Part shown: positions 16,573-23,773 of the stretch, one piece after another
Numbering within the stretch: the first letter of the stretch is position 1
Layout: each line of letters starts with the position of its first letter
Origin: Candidatus Dadabacteria bacterium
GTDB taxonomy: Bacteria > Desulfobacterota_D > UBA1144 > Nemesobacterales > CSP1-2
NCBI GenBank assembly: GCA_040289575.1
Contig: PSLL01000019.1
Location: 17,354 to 41,126 of the forward strand
Reading direction: 5' to 3'
DNA: 23,773 nucleotides
The notes under the pieces: generated by a model
What the model was told of the DNA's origin: nothing
The model's database searches: none
The model's input: only the letters and a program-made list of their open reading frames with translations
Translations under genes and position numbers: made by a program

Positions 16573-17742
16573 TCAAATCGAATCGCGCGCCGTTTTAAAT
16601 GCTCGAAGTGCGAGTTCTATGTGCTCTTCTTTGTGCGTTGCCATGAGGGTTGCGCGTATTCGGCACTTTCCAGGAGGAACCGAGGGTGGACGGACGGCTG
16701 GGGTAAAAACCCCATTTCCCCAAAGCAATCGTGCAAAATCCAATGCCGGCTGAGCCTCGCCTATGAGAACTGGAATAACGGCGGAATGAGAAGGAAGGAT
16801 TTTAAGTCCAATATTTTGGAGTCCTGATTTAAATTTCCTTATGAGGCACCAAAGGTATTCTCTTCTATCAGGTTCAAACTCGATAATGTCAATTGCGGCC
16901 AGAGATGCGGCAAGGGAGGTTGCCGGAAGAGATGTATCAAATATGTATGTCCGCGCCCGGTTTCTGAGAAAATCAATGAGTTTTCTGCTTCCCGCAACAT
17001 ATCCTCCAAGGGACCCAGCGGCCTTTGAAAGCGTTCCCATGACTATAGGAACCCGGTCTTCTATGCAGAAGTGCTCTGTAGCCCCGCTTCCCCTTTTTCC
17101 TAAAACCCCGGTTGCGTGTGCCTCATCAATCATAAGCATACATCCGTATCTCTCGGAGATTTCAACTAAATCGGGTAGAGGTGCTAGGTCTCCATCCATA
17201 CTGAAAACGGTGTCTGTCAATACCAACTTTTTATTTCTCGACCTATCTTGAGCGAGGAGAGAATTTAAATGCTCCACATCGCAGTGTCTATATATCCTTA
17301 TTTCTGCATGAGAGAGTCGACACCCATCAATAATGGATGCATGATTAAGCTCGTCACTATAGATTACATCTCCCGGCCCAACAAGGGCGGAAATAATTCC
17401 TACGTTTGCCAAGTAGCCGGAGCTAAAGAGTATGGCAGCCTCGGTTTTCTTAAAGGCCGCGATTCTTTCTTCCAATTCCCTATGGAGATCAGTGCTTCCG
17501 CTTACAAGGCGAGACCCTCCCGAACCGGTTCCATATTTTTCCAGAGCCATTTGAGCCGCCTCTTTTACCTTTGGGTCGGTTGCTAAGCCAAGGTAGTTAT
17601 TTGAGGCAAGAAGAATATAACGCTTTCCTTCAATAACTATCTCCGGTGACTGCCCAGTTTGAATCTCCGTAAGAACCCGGAATAATTTCCTATCATGAAT
17701 TATCTTTAATTCTTCCTCAATCCAATCGAGGGGGTCTTTCAT
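16573..17742 (-). CDS. bioF: 8-amino-7-oxononanoate synthase
   Basis: SNNYLGL, GSGGSRLVSG, SDELNHASIIDG, VFSMDGD, DEAHATG, GTLSKA (PLP lysine) and VRPPSVPPG; downstream of bioB and bioA. Confidence 0.95.
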   Translation of the reverse strand: MKDPLDWIEEELKIIHDRKLFRVLTEIQTGQSPEIVIEGKRYILLASNNYLGLATDPKVKEAAQMALEKYGTGSGGSRLVSGSTDLHRELEERIAAFKKTEAAILFSSGYLANVGIISALVGPGDVIYSDELNHASIIDGCRLSHAEIRIYRHCDVEHLNSLLAQDRSRNKKLVLTDTVFSMDGDLAPLPDLVEISERYGCMLMIDEAHATGVLGKRGSGATEHFCIEDRVPIVMGTLSKAAGSLGGYVAGSRKLIDFLRNRARTYIFDTSLPATSLAASLAAIDIIEFEPDRREYLWCLIRKFKSGLQNIGLKILPSHSAVIPVLIGEAQPALDFARLLWGNGVFTPAVRPPSVPPGKCRIRATLMATHKEEHIELALRAFKTARDSI

Positions 17743-17794
17743 ATTTCGATTAGGAGTTTGCCCGCAGGTGCTTGATTAATTAATCAAATATATA

Positions 17795-19150
17795 TCACGA
17801 TTCCGTCGCCTTCTTGATTGCCCTATATGTTACGCCAATGAGCTTTTTTAAGTCCTCTATTGAAATTCCAATAGGCGGCATAAGGACCACTACATTACCA
17901 AGCGGACGGATAAGCACACCTTCTTTTGCCGCAAATTCGGCTACCTTCCATCCCATCTTCATACCGAGCGGATACGGTGTTTTTGTTTCTTTTTCCTCTA
18001 CGAGTTCTATTCCTACCATGAACCCTTTATTTCTCACATCCCCTACATGTTCAAGACCCTTAAATTCTTGTAGCTCACGCTCTAAGAATTCTATTTTTTC
18101 TTGTAACTTCCCAAGAGTATTGTTCTTTCTAAAGGCCTCAAGGTTTCCCAAAGCCGCAGCACAGGAGATGGGATTTCCCGAATAGCTGTGGCCGTGAAAG
18201 AATGTCTTAAATTCTTCATATTCGCCAAGGAAGGCGTCATATATCCTTTGGGTTACAATTGTAGCAGAAAGGGGAAGGTATCCGCCCGTCATGCCCTTTC
18301 CGAGAACCATGATGTCAGGCGTTACATCCTCATGTTCACAGGCAAACATCTTCCCCGTCCTTCCAAAACCCGTGGCGACTTCATCGAGAATCATAATCAC
18401 ATCGTATTTATCGCAGTACTCTCGCACCTGCCTAATGTAACCCGGCGGAGAAACAATCATTCCGCCAGCCGCCTGAACGTACGGTTCAAATATTACTGCA
18501 GCGATTTCATCGTTATGCTCATCGAGTATTTTCCCGACCTCTCTTGCACATGCAATTTCACATGAAGGATATGTCTTTCCAAGCGGACATCGGTAGCAAT
18601 AATATGATGGGGCCTTATATGTTTCAAAAAGAAGGGGTTTATATAAGGCATGAAATAAATCAATTCCACCAACGGACACTGCGCCAAGTGTGTCTCCGTG
18701 ATATCCGTTCTCAAGTGAAACGAATTTTCTCTTTTCCGGCTTCCCCTTATGCTGCCAGTACCCAAAGGCCATCTTAAGTGCAACCTCAACCGCGCTTGCG
18801 CCGTCGCCTGAGTAGAAGACCTTCGTTAGCCCTTTAGGACAAATCTCAATTAATTCCTTTGCGAGTTCTGCTGCCGTGGTGTTTGTAATACCAAGAAGCG
18901 TGCTATGACCGATTTTCTCTATCTGTTCTTTAATTGCCCTATCAATTTCAGGAACCCTATGTCCATGAATCGTAACCCAAAGCGACGACACACCGTCTAT
19001 ATATCTCCGTCCTTCCGTATCAATAAGGTAAACACCTTCGCCTTCTTCAATAATAATAGGCTCCTGATTCTCATACTCCTTCATCTGTGTGAATGGATGC
19101 CAGATGAAATTGCGGTCAAATTCTGTAAGCTTCCTTGTTCGGTCGTTCAT
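17795..19150 (-). CDS. bioA: Adenosylmethionine-8-amino-7-oxononanoate aminotransferase
   Basis: IWHPFTQM, DGVSSLWVTIHGH, YHGDTLGAVSVG, DEVATGFGRTG, GKGMTGGYLPLS, FFHGHSYSGNP and IRPLGN. Confidence 0.97.
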   Translation of the reverse strand: MNDRTRKLTEFDRNFIWHPFTQMKEYENQEPIIIEEGEGVYLIDTEGRRYIDGVSSLWVTIHGHRVPEIDRAIKEQIEKIGHSTLLGITNTTAAELAKELIEICPKGLTKVFYSGDGASAVEVALKMAFGYWQHKGKPEKRKFVSLENGYHGDTLGAVSVGGIDLFHALYKPLLFETYKAPSYYCYRCPLGKTYPSCEIACAREVGKILDEHNDEIAAVIFEPYVQAAGGMIVSPPGYIRQVREYCDKYDVIMILDEVATGFGRTGKMFACEHEDVTPDIMVLGKGMTGGYLPLSATIVTQRIYDAFLGEYEEFKTFFHGHSYSGNPISCAAALGNLEAFRKNNTLGKLQEKIEFLERELQEFKGLEHVGDVRNKGFMVGIELVEEKETKTPYPLGMKMGWKVAEFAAKEGVLIRPLGNVVVLMPPIGISIEDLKKLIGVTYRAIKKATES

Positions 19151-19194
19151 TTTTTTAGAAAAAAAATTAAAGTAGATGTTTAGCTATAAACTAA

Positions 19195-19293
19195 CACAGA
19201 TGAACACGAGGGAAAACCTCAAGTCCATGTATCCTGTACCCTGTCTACTGTTTTCTGTATTCTTCTATTCATGCAAATTCGTGTTCATTTATG
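19195..19293. repeat. Intergenic inverted repeat enclosing a heptamer tandem array
   Basis: CACAGATGAACACGA (19195-19209) and TCGTGTTCATTTATG (19279-19293) are 13/15 complementary. Internal 7-mers: CCATGTA TCCTGTA CCCTGTC TACTGTT TTCTGTA (19225-19259). Confidence 0.7.
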
Positions 19294-19303
19294 GCCAAAA
19301 ACA

Positions 19304-20287
19304 TTAAACATCCGTTCTCAATGGCATCTGGAGATCATCCAGCATCTGCAAATCCTCCTCTGGAGGACGGCCGGATGTTGTAAGATAATTGCCAAGAATC
19401 ATGGCGTTTGCCCCCGCTAAAAGCCCCATTGCCTGAAGGTCTCGAAGGGTAACCTCCCGCCCGCCGGCAGTCATAAGGATTTTATCGGGAAGTACCAATC
19501 TGAAAATTGATATTGTCTTTATCGCCTCAAACGGAGGCACTAAGGGTACATTCCCCAAAGGGGTTCCCGGTCTTGGATTGAGGAAGTTTATAGGCACCCA
19601 GCTTGGGTCAAGTTCTCTAATCTCGAAAGCAAGCTCAATTCTCTGCCTCACAGACTCGCCCATTCCCAAGATGCCGCCTGAGCAGAGATTCATGCCGGCC
19701 TTTTTAACAAGCCTTGCGGTTCTCACCCTATCGTCATAGGTATGTGTCGTACAAATGTTTGGGAAATAGCTGCGGCATGTCTCAAGGTTATGATTGTAGC
19801 GCCACACCCCGTGTTCCTTAAGCGCGAATGCCTGCTCTTCGGTAAGCTGCCCAAGAGAGCATCCGATCTTTAGATTAGTCTCCGCTCTGAGCAGGTCTAC
19901 AGCCTCAAGAACCCTTTTAAATATTCTCGGCGTCGGTCCCTTTGCACTTATAACTATACAAAAATCTATCGCACCCAACCTTTCAGCCTGCTTTGCGGCT
20001 TTAAGTATCATATCCGCCGCCATAAGTGGATGGGCATTTATTTGGGTATCAAAATGGACAGATTGAGAACAAAATGCGCAGTCTTCAGGACAATTTCCGG
20101 TCTGCGCACTTATAATGGAGCGCAGAAACACCCCATCTCCCTTGTACTTCAGTGTGACCTTTCTTGCAAGTGCGATAAGGTCGGGAACCTGCTCCTTAGG
20201 AGTCTGAGTAAGCTCAATGGCTTCATCAAAATCAATAGGCTCTTCTCTCTCTAAGAGTTTTTCTCTTACTACACCTAAGATATTAAT
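19304..20287 (-). CDS. bioB: Biotin synthase (radical SAM), probably starting at ATT 20287 (327 aa)
   Basis: CPEDCAFCSQS, YNHNLET, CSGGILGMGE, VPINFLNPRPGTP, AGGRE and GNYLTT. The frame is open for 52 codons upstream of the ORF-track GTG, up to an ATT preceded by GGAGG. Confidence 0.95.
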   Translation of the reverse strand: MNILGVVREKLLEREEPIDFDEAIELTQTPKEQVPDLIALARKVTLKYKGDGVFLRSIISAQTGNCPEDCAFCSQSVHFDTQINAHPLMAADMILKAAKQAERLGAIDFCIVISAKGPTPRIFKRVLEAVDLLRAETNLKIGCSLGQLTEEQAFALKEHGVWRYNHNLETCRSYFPNICTTHTYDDRVRTARLVKKAGMNLCSGGILGMGESVRQRIELAFEIRELDPSWVPINFLNPRPGTPLGNVPLVPPFEAIKTISIFRLVLPDKILMTAGGREVTLRDLQAMGLLAGANAMILGNYLTTSGRPPEEDLQMLDDLQMPLRTDV

Positions 20288-20319
20288 TTTAGCCCTCCGA
20301 ATATCATGTTGGATAAATT

Positions 20320-20348
20320 TCTTTAACTGAAACCTCAGTTTTTGTCAA
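20320..20348 (-). promoter_or_regulatory. bio operon promoter with a palindromic operator candidate in its spacer
   Basis: Minus-strand TTGACA (20348-20343), 17 nt, TAAAGA (weak -10). AACTGA-N4-TCAGTT palindrome at 20325-20340. Confidence 0.5.
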
Positions 20349-20512
20349 ATAAAAAGTAGAAGTCGAATTCTTTCCTACAGAGGCTCCTTTTCTCTGAAAT
20401 GCCCTCTTGAGTTACAAGTCTATGTAAATAGAGGTTCTTACTAGTTCTATTCAGGTATGATAGGCACTAATCAGATAGGCGGGGTTTAAAAGAGCCTTTA
20501 TCTCTGAATAGC

Positions 20513-21457
20513 TCACCTGTTTTCTTCAAGGAATTTTTCAGCGTCCATTGCGGCCATACACCCTGTTCCTGCCGCCGTTATAGCCTGGCGGTACCTGTGG
20601 TCTTGAACATCCCCTGCCGCAAACACCCCGGAAACACTCGTCTCAGTGGTGCCGTCCTTTGTGACTATATACCCGGCTCTATCCATCTCAATCTGCCCTT
20701 CAAAGAGCCTTGTATTTGGCGCATGCCCAATAGCGACAAAAACTCCCTGGCATTCCTTCTGCCAGATTTCTCCAGTCTTTAGGTTCTTAACCCTGACTCC
20801 CGTTACCCCTTTCTCTCTATCGCCCAATATCTCTTCAACCACAGAATCCCAGATGAAATTTATCTTCTCATTCTTAAATGCCTTTTCCTGCATAATCTTT
20901 GATGCCCTAAGTGTGTCTCTTCTGTGAATAACGTTTACCTTTGAAGCAAATTTTGTGAGAAATATTGCCTCTTCCATCGCCGTATCACCACCGCCCACAA
21001 CAACTAATTCTTTACCCTTGAAGAAAAAACCATCGCATGTGGCACATGTAGAAACCCCATGTCCCAGGAGTCTCCTTTCCGAATCAATTCCTAGGAGCTT
21101 TGCAGACGCTCCGGAGGCAATTATCAATGTCTCAGTCTCCAAAATCATCTCTCCCGCAATCACCTTGAAGGGTCTTCTCGATAGATCTACAGATGTCACC
21201 TCAGCTAATATACACTTTGCCCCAAATCTCTGAGCCTGCTTTCTCATTAAATCCATTAACTCAGGCCCCATGATTCCATCGGGGAAGCCCGGATAATTCT
21301 CAACAGTGGTTGTCAATGTAAGCTGTCCCCCGGCCTCTAGCCCCTCAAAAACAATCGGCTCCAAATTCGCTCTGGCAGCATAGATGGCAGCCGTAAGACC
21401 AGCGGGCCCAGAACCGATTACCACAACTTTGTGACTCTTACTCGAAGATTTACTCAT
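20513..21457 (-). CDS. trxB: Thioredoxin-disulfide reductase
   Basis: [51 protein letters not shown] and [18 protein letters not shown]. Confidence 0.98.
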   Translation of the reverse strand: MSKSSSKSHKVVVIGSGPAGLTAAIYAARANLEPIVFEGLEAGGQLTLTTTVENYPGFPDGIMGPELMDLMRKQAQRFGAKCILAEVTSVDLSRRPFKVIAGEMILETETLIIASGASAKLLGIDSERRLLGHGVSTCATCDGFFFKGKELVVVGGGDTAMEEAIFLTKFASKVNVIHRRDTLRASKIMQEKAFKNEKINFIWDSVVEEILGDREKGVTGVRVKNLKTGEIWQKECQGVFVAIGHAPNTRLFEGQIEMDRAGYIVTKDGTTETSVSGVFAAGDVQDHRYRQAITAAGTGCMAAMDAEKFLEENR

Positions 21458-21629
21458 CCCTGGCCTTTTTCAGTTAATTTTTAATTTATATTACATCTGA
21501 GCAGTCAATTTTCAAGCCGAAAATTATTTAACTATTAGATGAAACGTATGTTATCTGAGATTCAAGGAGATTTTGGTTTAAGCACCCTTCAGTCTTATAT
21601 GACAGGAACGACAATCCAGCACGGAGGCA

Positions 21630-22439
21630 TCACCGGCCCTCCCTGCTTCTGATTATTTCTTGTAGCGTTGTTCTTGTATAACTCTCCGGAACCTCAAACT
21701 CCCTATCAGGAATCCCAGTCTCTTTTACATCCGTCACTTCAATAACACCTCTATTTTGTCCGACGACATGAACTATTTTAAGGGGATACCCTTTTTCAAA
21801 TAGGCTCTGATATTCGGAACTCTCCTCAACATTGGCGCCTTTTGAATAAACGGAGCCTACGGTCCTATTAATCCTATTTTGAAAATCCTCTATCTTCTTC
21901 ATATCCATGTCCTTGGATATATCCAAATCCTCTGAGATCCAAATCTCCTGATAACTGTTTTCGCCCAAATAAACTATGTACTTGGTTGCTCTATAGCCCG
22001 CTATGGTTTGCCTATCAGATGTCTTTTCAATTCTTACGTGTCCTGATCCGATCGGCCCCCCGGACTCCCTCATCTCCTCTTCTATCGCCCTTCTCTGTTC
22101 AGACGGCATATCTTTCATAGATTCTTCCATCTGCCTCTTTGCCTGAGCCATATAGTCCCTAATTCCATTTATATACTCGTCAATCGTCCCGCTCCAGTAG
22201 AGCTTCCTATAGCGGTCGGATACGAATATCCGATCAGTGTTGTAGTTTATAATCAAAATTGAACCGTCTTGAACGGCTTTAAATCTGTTTCTCGAGAAAT
22301 AATTCGTGGAACTTACCCTCCGATTTGTCGGCTCTTGAGGGGACGCGCTGTGTATTGCCTGATCTATTATCCATCCCGCATGAGCGCTGCCTGAAAACAA
22401 TATAAACAAAGCAGTGAGAAAAACTATTCGAGAAATCAT
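21630..22439 (-). CDS. Secreted protein, DUF4412-like
   Basis: Signal peptide ending AHA; KTSDRQTIAGYRATKY...EIWIS...GYPLK...FEVPESY pattern. Start placed at ATG 22439 behind SD GGAGAGG. Confidence 0.7.
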   Translation of the reverse strand: MISRIVFLTALFILFSGSAHAGWIIDQAIHSASPQEPTNRRVSSTNYFSRNRFKAVQDGSILIINYNTDRIFVSDRYRKLYWSGTIDEYINGIRDYMAQAKRQMEESMKDMPSEQRRAIEEEMRESGGPIGSGHVRIEKTSDRQTIAGYRATKYIVYLGENSYQEIWISEDLDISKDMDMKKIEDFQNRINRTVGSVYSKGANVEESSEYQSLFEKGYPLKIVHVVGQNRGVIEVTDVKETGIPDREFEVPESYTRTTLQEIIRSREGR

Positions 22440-22536
22440 ATAACCTCTCCCAACACCCAAATATAATAACTGAAAATCTTATAATATCACACTGAATTTT
22501 TTCTCCATGACCTTTGTAATACTGAGGGCTTAATTT

Positions 22537-22565
22537 TTGTTTCTCAGAAAACCTTAAAGTATAAT
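22537..22565 (+). promoter_or_regulatory. Sigma70-type promoter upstream of the YgfZ/GcvT gene
   Basis: TTGTTT-17 nt-TATAAT. Confidence 0.45.
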
Positions 22566-22595
22566 ATCTATTTAGTCCGTCTGATAAAAATCAAA

Positions 22596-23720
22596 ATGAG
22601 AAAGACACCACTTTATGACATCCATTCTTCACAAGGAGCCGTCTTTGGCAACTTCTCCGGTTGGCTAATGCCTAAAAGCTACGGGGCTCCATTGGAAGAA
22701 TACGCATGTGTGAGAAATAGAGTGGGCATCGCCGATCTATCACATCGCGGGAAGTTGCGTCTGAGCGGAAAGGAGCACATAAAATTTCTTCAAGGAATGG
22801 TGACAAACGATGTAAACAGGCTGAAAGAAGGAGAGGGTCTATACGCCGCCCTTCTCACACCAAAAGGAAGGATGATCTCGGATATGAGGTTATACCGCCA
22901 GGGCGAATCCCTACTTCTTGATTTAGAGCCGGGTCTTAATGAAAAGGTAAGAAACCTCTTGGCTAGATACAAATTATCATATAAGGCAAATATAGAAGAT
23001 GTAACTGAGAGTCTCTGTCTAATTTCGATTCATGGCCCAAATTCCGGAAGTCTCATTGAGAAAGTCCTGAACAGAGAGATTCCAGGGCTAAAAGAATATG
23101 AATTTCTGATAAAAGAGATAGACGGATCTCAAGTGATGATAGTAAGGGCAAACCGTACAGGAGAAGACGGCTACGATATATTCATCTCAACCGATGGGGT
23201 CAAAACAGTATGGGAATCCTTAGTCGGAAATGGAAGGGAGTTCGGATTAAGACCGGTCGGTCTCGATGCCATGGAGATTCTGCGAATCGAGGCTGCGATT
23301 CCCAGATATGGCATAGATATGGACGACAATACAATCCCGCTTGAGGCGGGGCTTGAGAATGCCATAAGCTATGAGAAGGGATGCTACGTGGGTCAGGAAG
23401 TGATTGCAAGGATTAAATGGAGGGGACATGTAAATTGGTGCCTTGCTGGATTTGAAATTGAAGGCGAGGGACTACCCGCTAGAGACGATAAGATTAGACA
23501 TGGTGAAAGGGAAATTGGGTATATAACGAGCAGCACTTTTTCCCCCATACTGAGAAAGATAATAGCCCTTGGGTACATAAGAAGGGAATTTATAGAGCCG
23601 GGAACAAGGGTCATAGTAAATATAGGCGGCGAGGACAGATCCACAGAGGTTGTAAAAAGGCCCTTTTACCAAAAGATGGTGGGCGGTACTGGATTTGAAC
23701 CAGTGACTTCCACCGTGTGA
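22596..23720 (+). CDS. Folate-binding YgfZ/GcvT-family protein
   Basis: GcvT-like KTPLY, DLSHRG, FLQGMVTND and LRIEAAIP, plus the YgfZ/Iba57 signature KGCYVGQE. Confidence 0.9.
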   Translation: MRKTPLYDIHSSQGAVFGNFSGWLMPKSYGAPLEEYACVRNRVGIADLSHRGKLRLSGKEHIKFLQGMVTNDVNRLKEGEGLYAALLTPKGRMISDMRLYRQGESLLLDLEPGLNEKVRNLLARYKLSYKANIEDVTESLCLISIHGPNSGSLIEKVLNREIPGLKEYEFLIKEIDGSQVMIVRANRTGEDGYDIFISTDGVKTVWESLVGNGREFGLRPVGLDAMEILRIEAAIPRYGIDMDDNTIPLEAGLENAISYEKGCYVGQEVIARIKWRGHVNWCLAGFEIEGEGLPARDDKIRHGEREIGYITSSTFSPILRKIIALGYIRREFIEPGTRVIVNIGGEDRSTEVVKRPFYQKMVGGTGFEPVTSTV

Positions 23721-23750
23721 GGATGGCACTCTACCGCTGAGTTAACGCCC
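23677..23750 (-). tRNA. tRNA-Val(CAC), acceptor stem 1 nt short on the 5' side
   Basis: GGGCGTTAACTCAGCGGTAGAGTGCCATCCTCACACGGTGGAAGTCACTGGTTCAAATCCAGTACCGCCCACCA: D arm ACTC/GAGT, anticodon stem CCATC/GGTGG with loop CT-CAC-AC, T loop TTCAAAT, encoded CCA. Confidence 0.9.
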
Positions 23751-23773
23751 CGTGTGTTGCGCCGTCTTCTCTA

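Noticed and set aside
19225..19259. CRISPR array
   Set aside because: Degenerate 7-mers without spacers; no repeat-spacer structure or cas genes in the window.
20412..20428. TTACA-N6-TGTAA inverted repeat as a BirA operator
   Set aside because: Arm orientation and spacing do not fit BirA sites, and it lies well upstream of the promoter.
22596..23720. Calling this gene gcvT
   Set aside because: The KGCYxGQE motif marks the YgfZ/Iba57 branch, and no gcvH or gcvP is adjacent.
956..23729. Remaining short antisense or nested ORFs in the track (e.g. 956-1471, 3393-3851, 16841-17251, 17814-18185, 23472-23729)
   Set aside because: They overlap well-supported genes on the opposite strand or in other frames and carry no recognisable motifs.

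Overview
Bacterial chromosomal window of mostly metabolic and housekeeping genes. In order: 5' part of glyA, HAD hydrolase, acyl-CoA dehydrogenase, EamA transporter, nitrilase, hpt, a CMP-kinase-like/nuclease-like fusion, cdsA, a PurN-like protein, a Rieske ferredoxin, an FAD oxidoreductase, a mutS 3' remnant, a MerR-type regulator, moaD-modABC, a FIST protein, a crotonase, bioB-bioA-bioF, trxB, a secreted DUF4412-like protein, a YgfZ/GcvT protein and tRNA-Val(CAC). No integrase, transposase, CRISPR array or rRNA was seen. The strongest unexplained signal is at 4379-6097: an unannotated ~130-nt rod-shaped RNA with its own sigma70-like promoter and U-tract lies antisense between hpt and a gene fusing a degenerate nucleotide-kinase domain to a PD-(D/E)xK-like domain. 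Other points of note are a probable AUU start for bioB, a PurN paralogue lacking its catalytic residues, a small gene split by an in-frame TAG, an attC-like site after the mutS remnant, and a tRNA with a 1-nt-short acceptor stem overlapped by ygfZ. All family calls come from motif recognition by eye; no searches were run.
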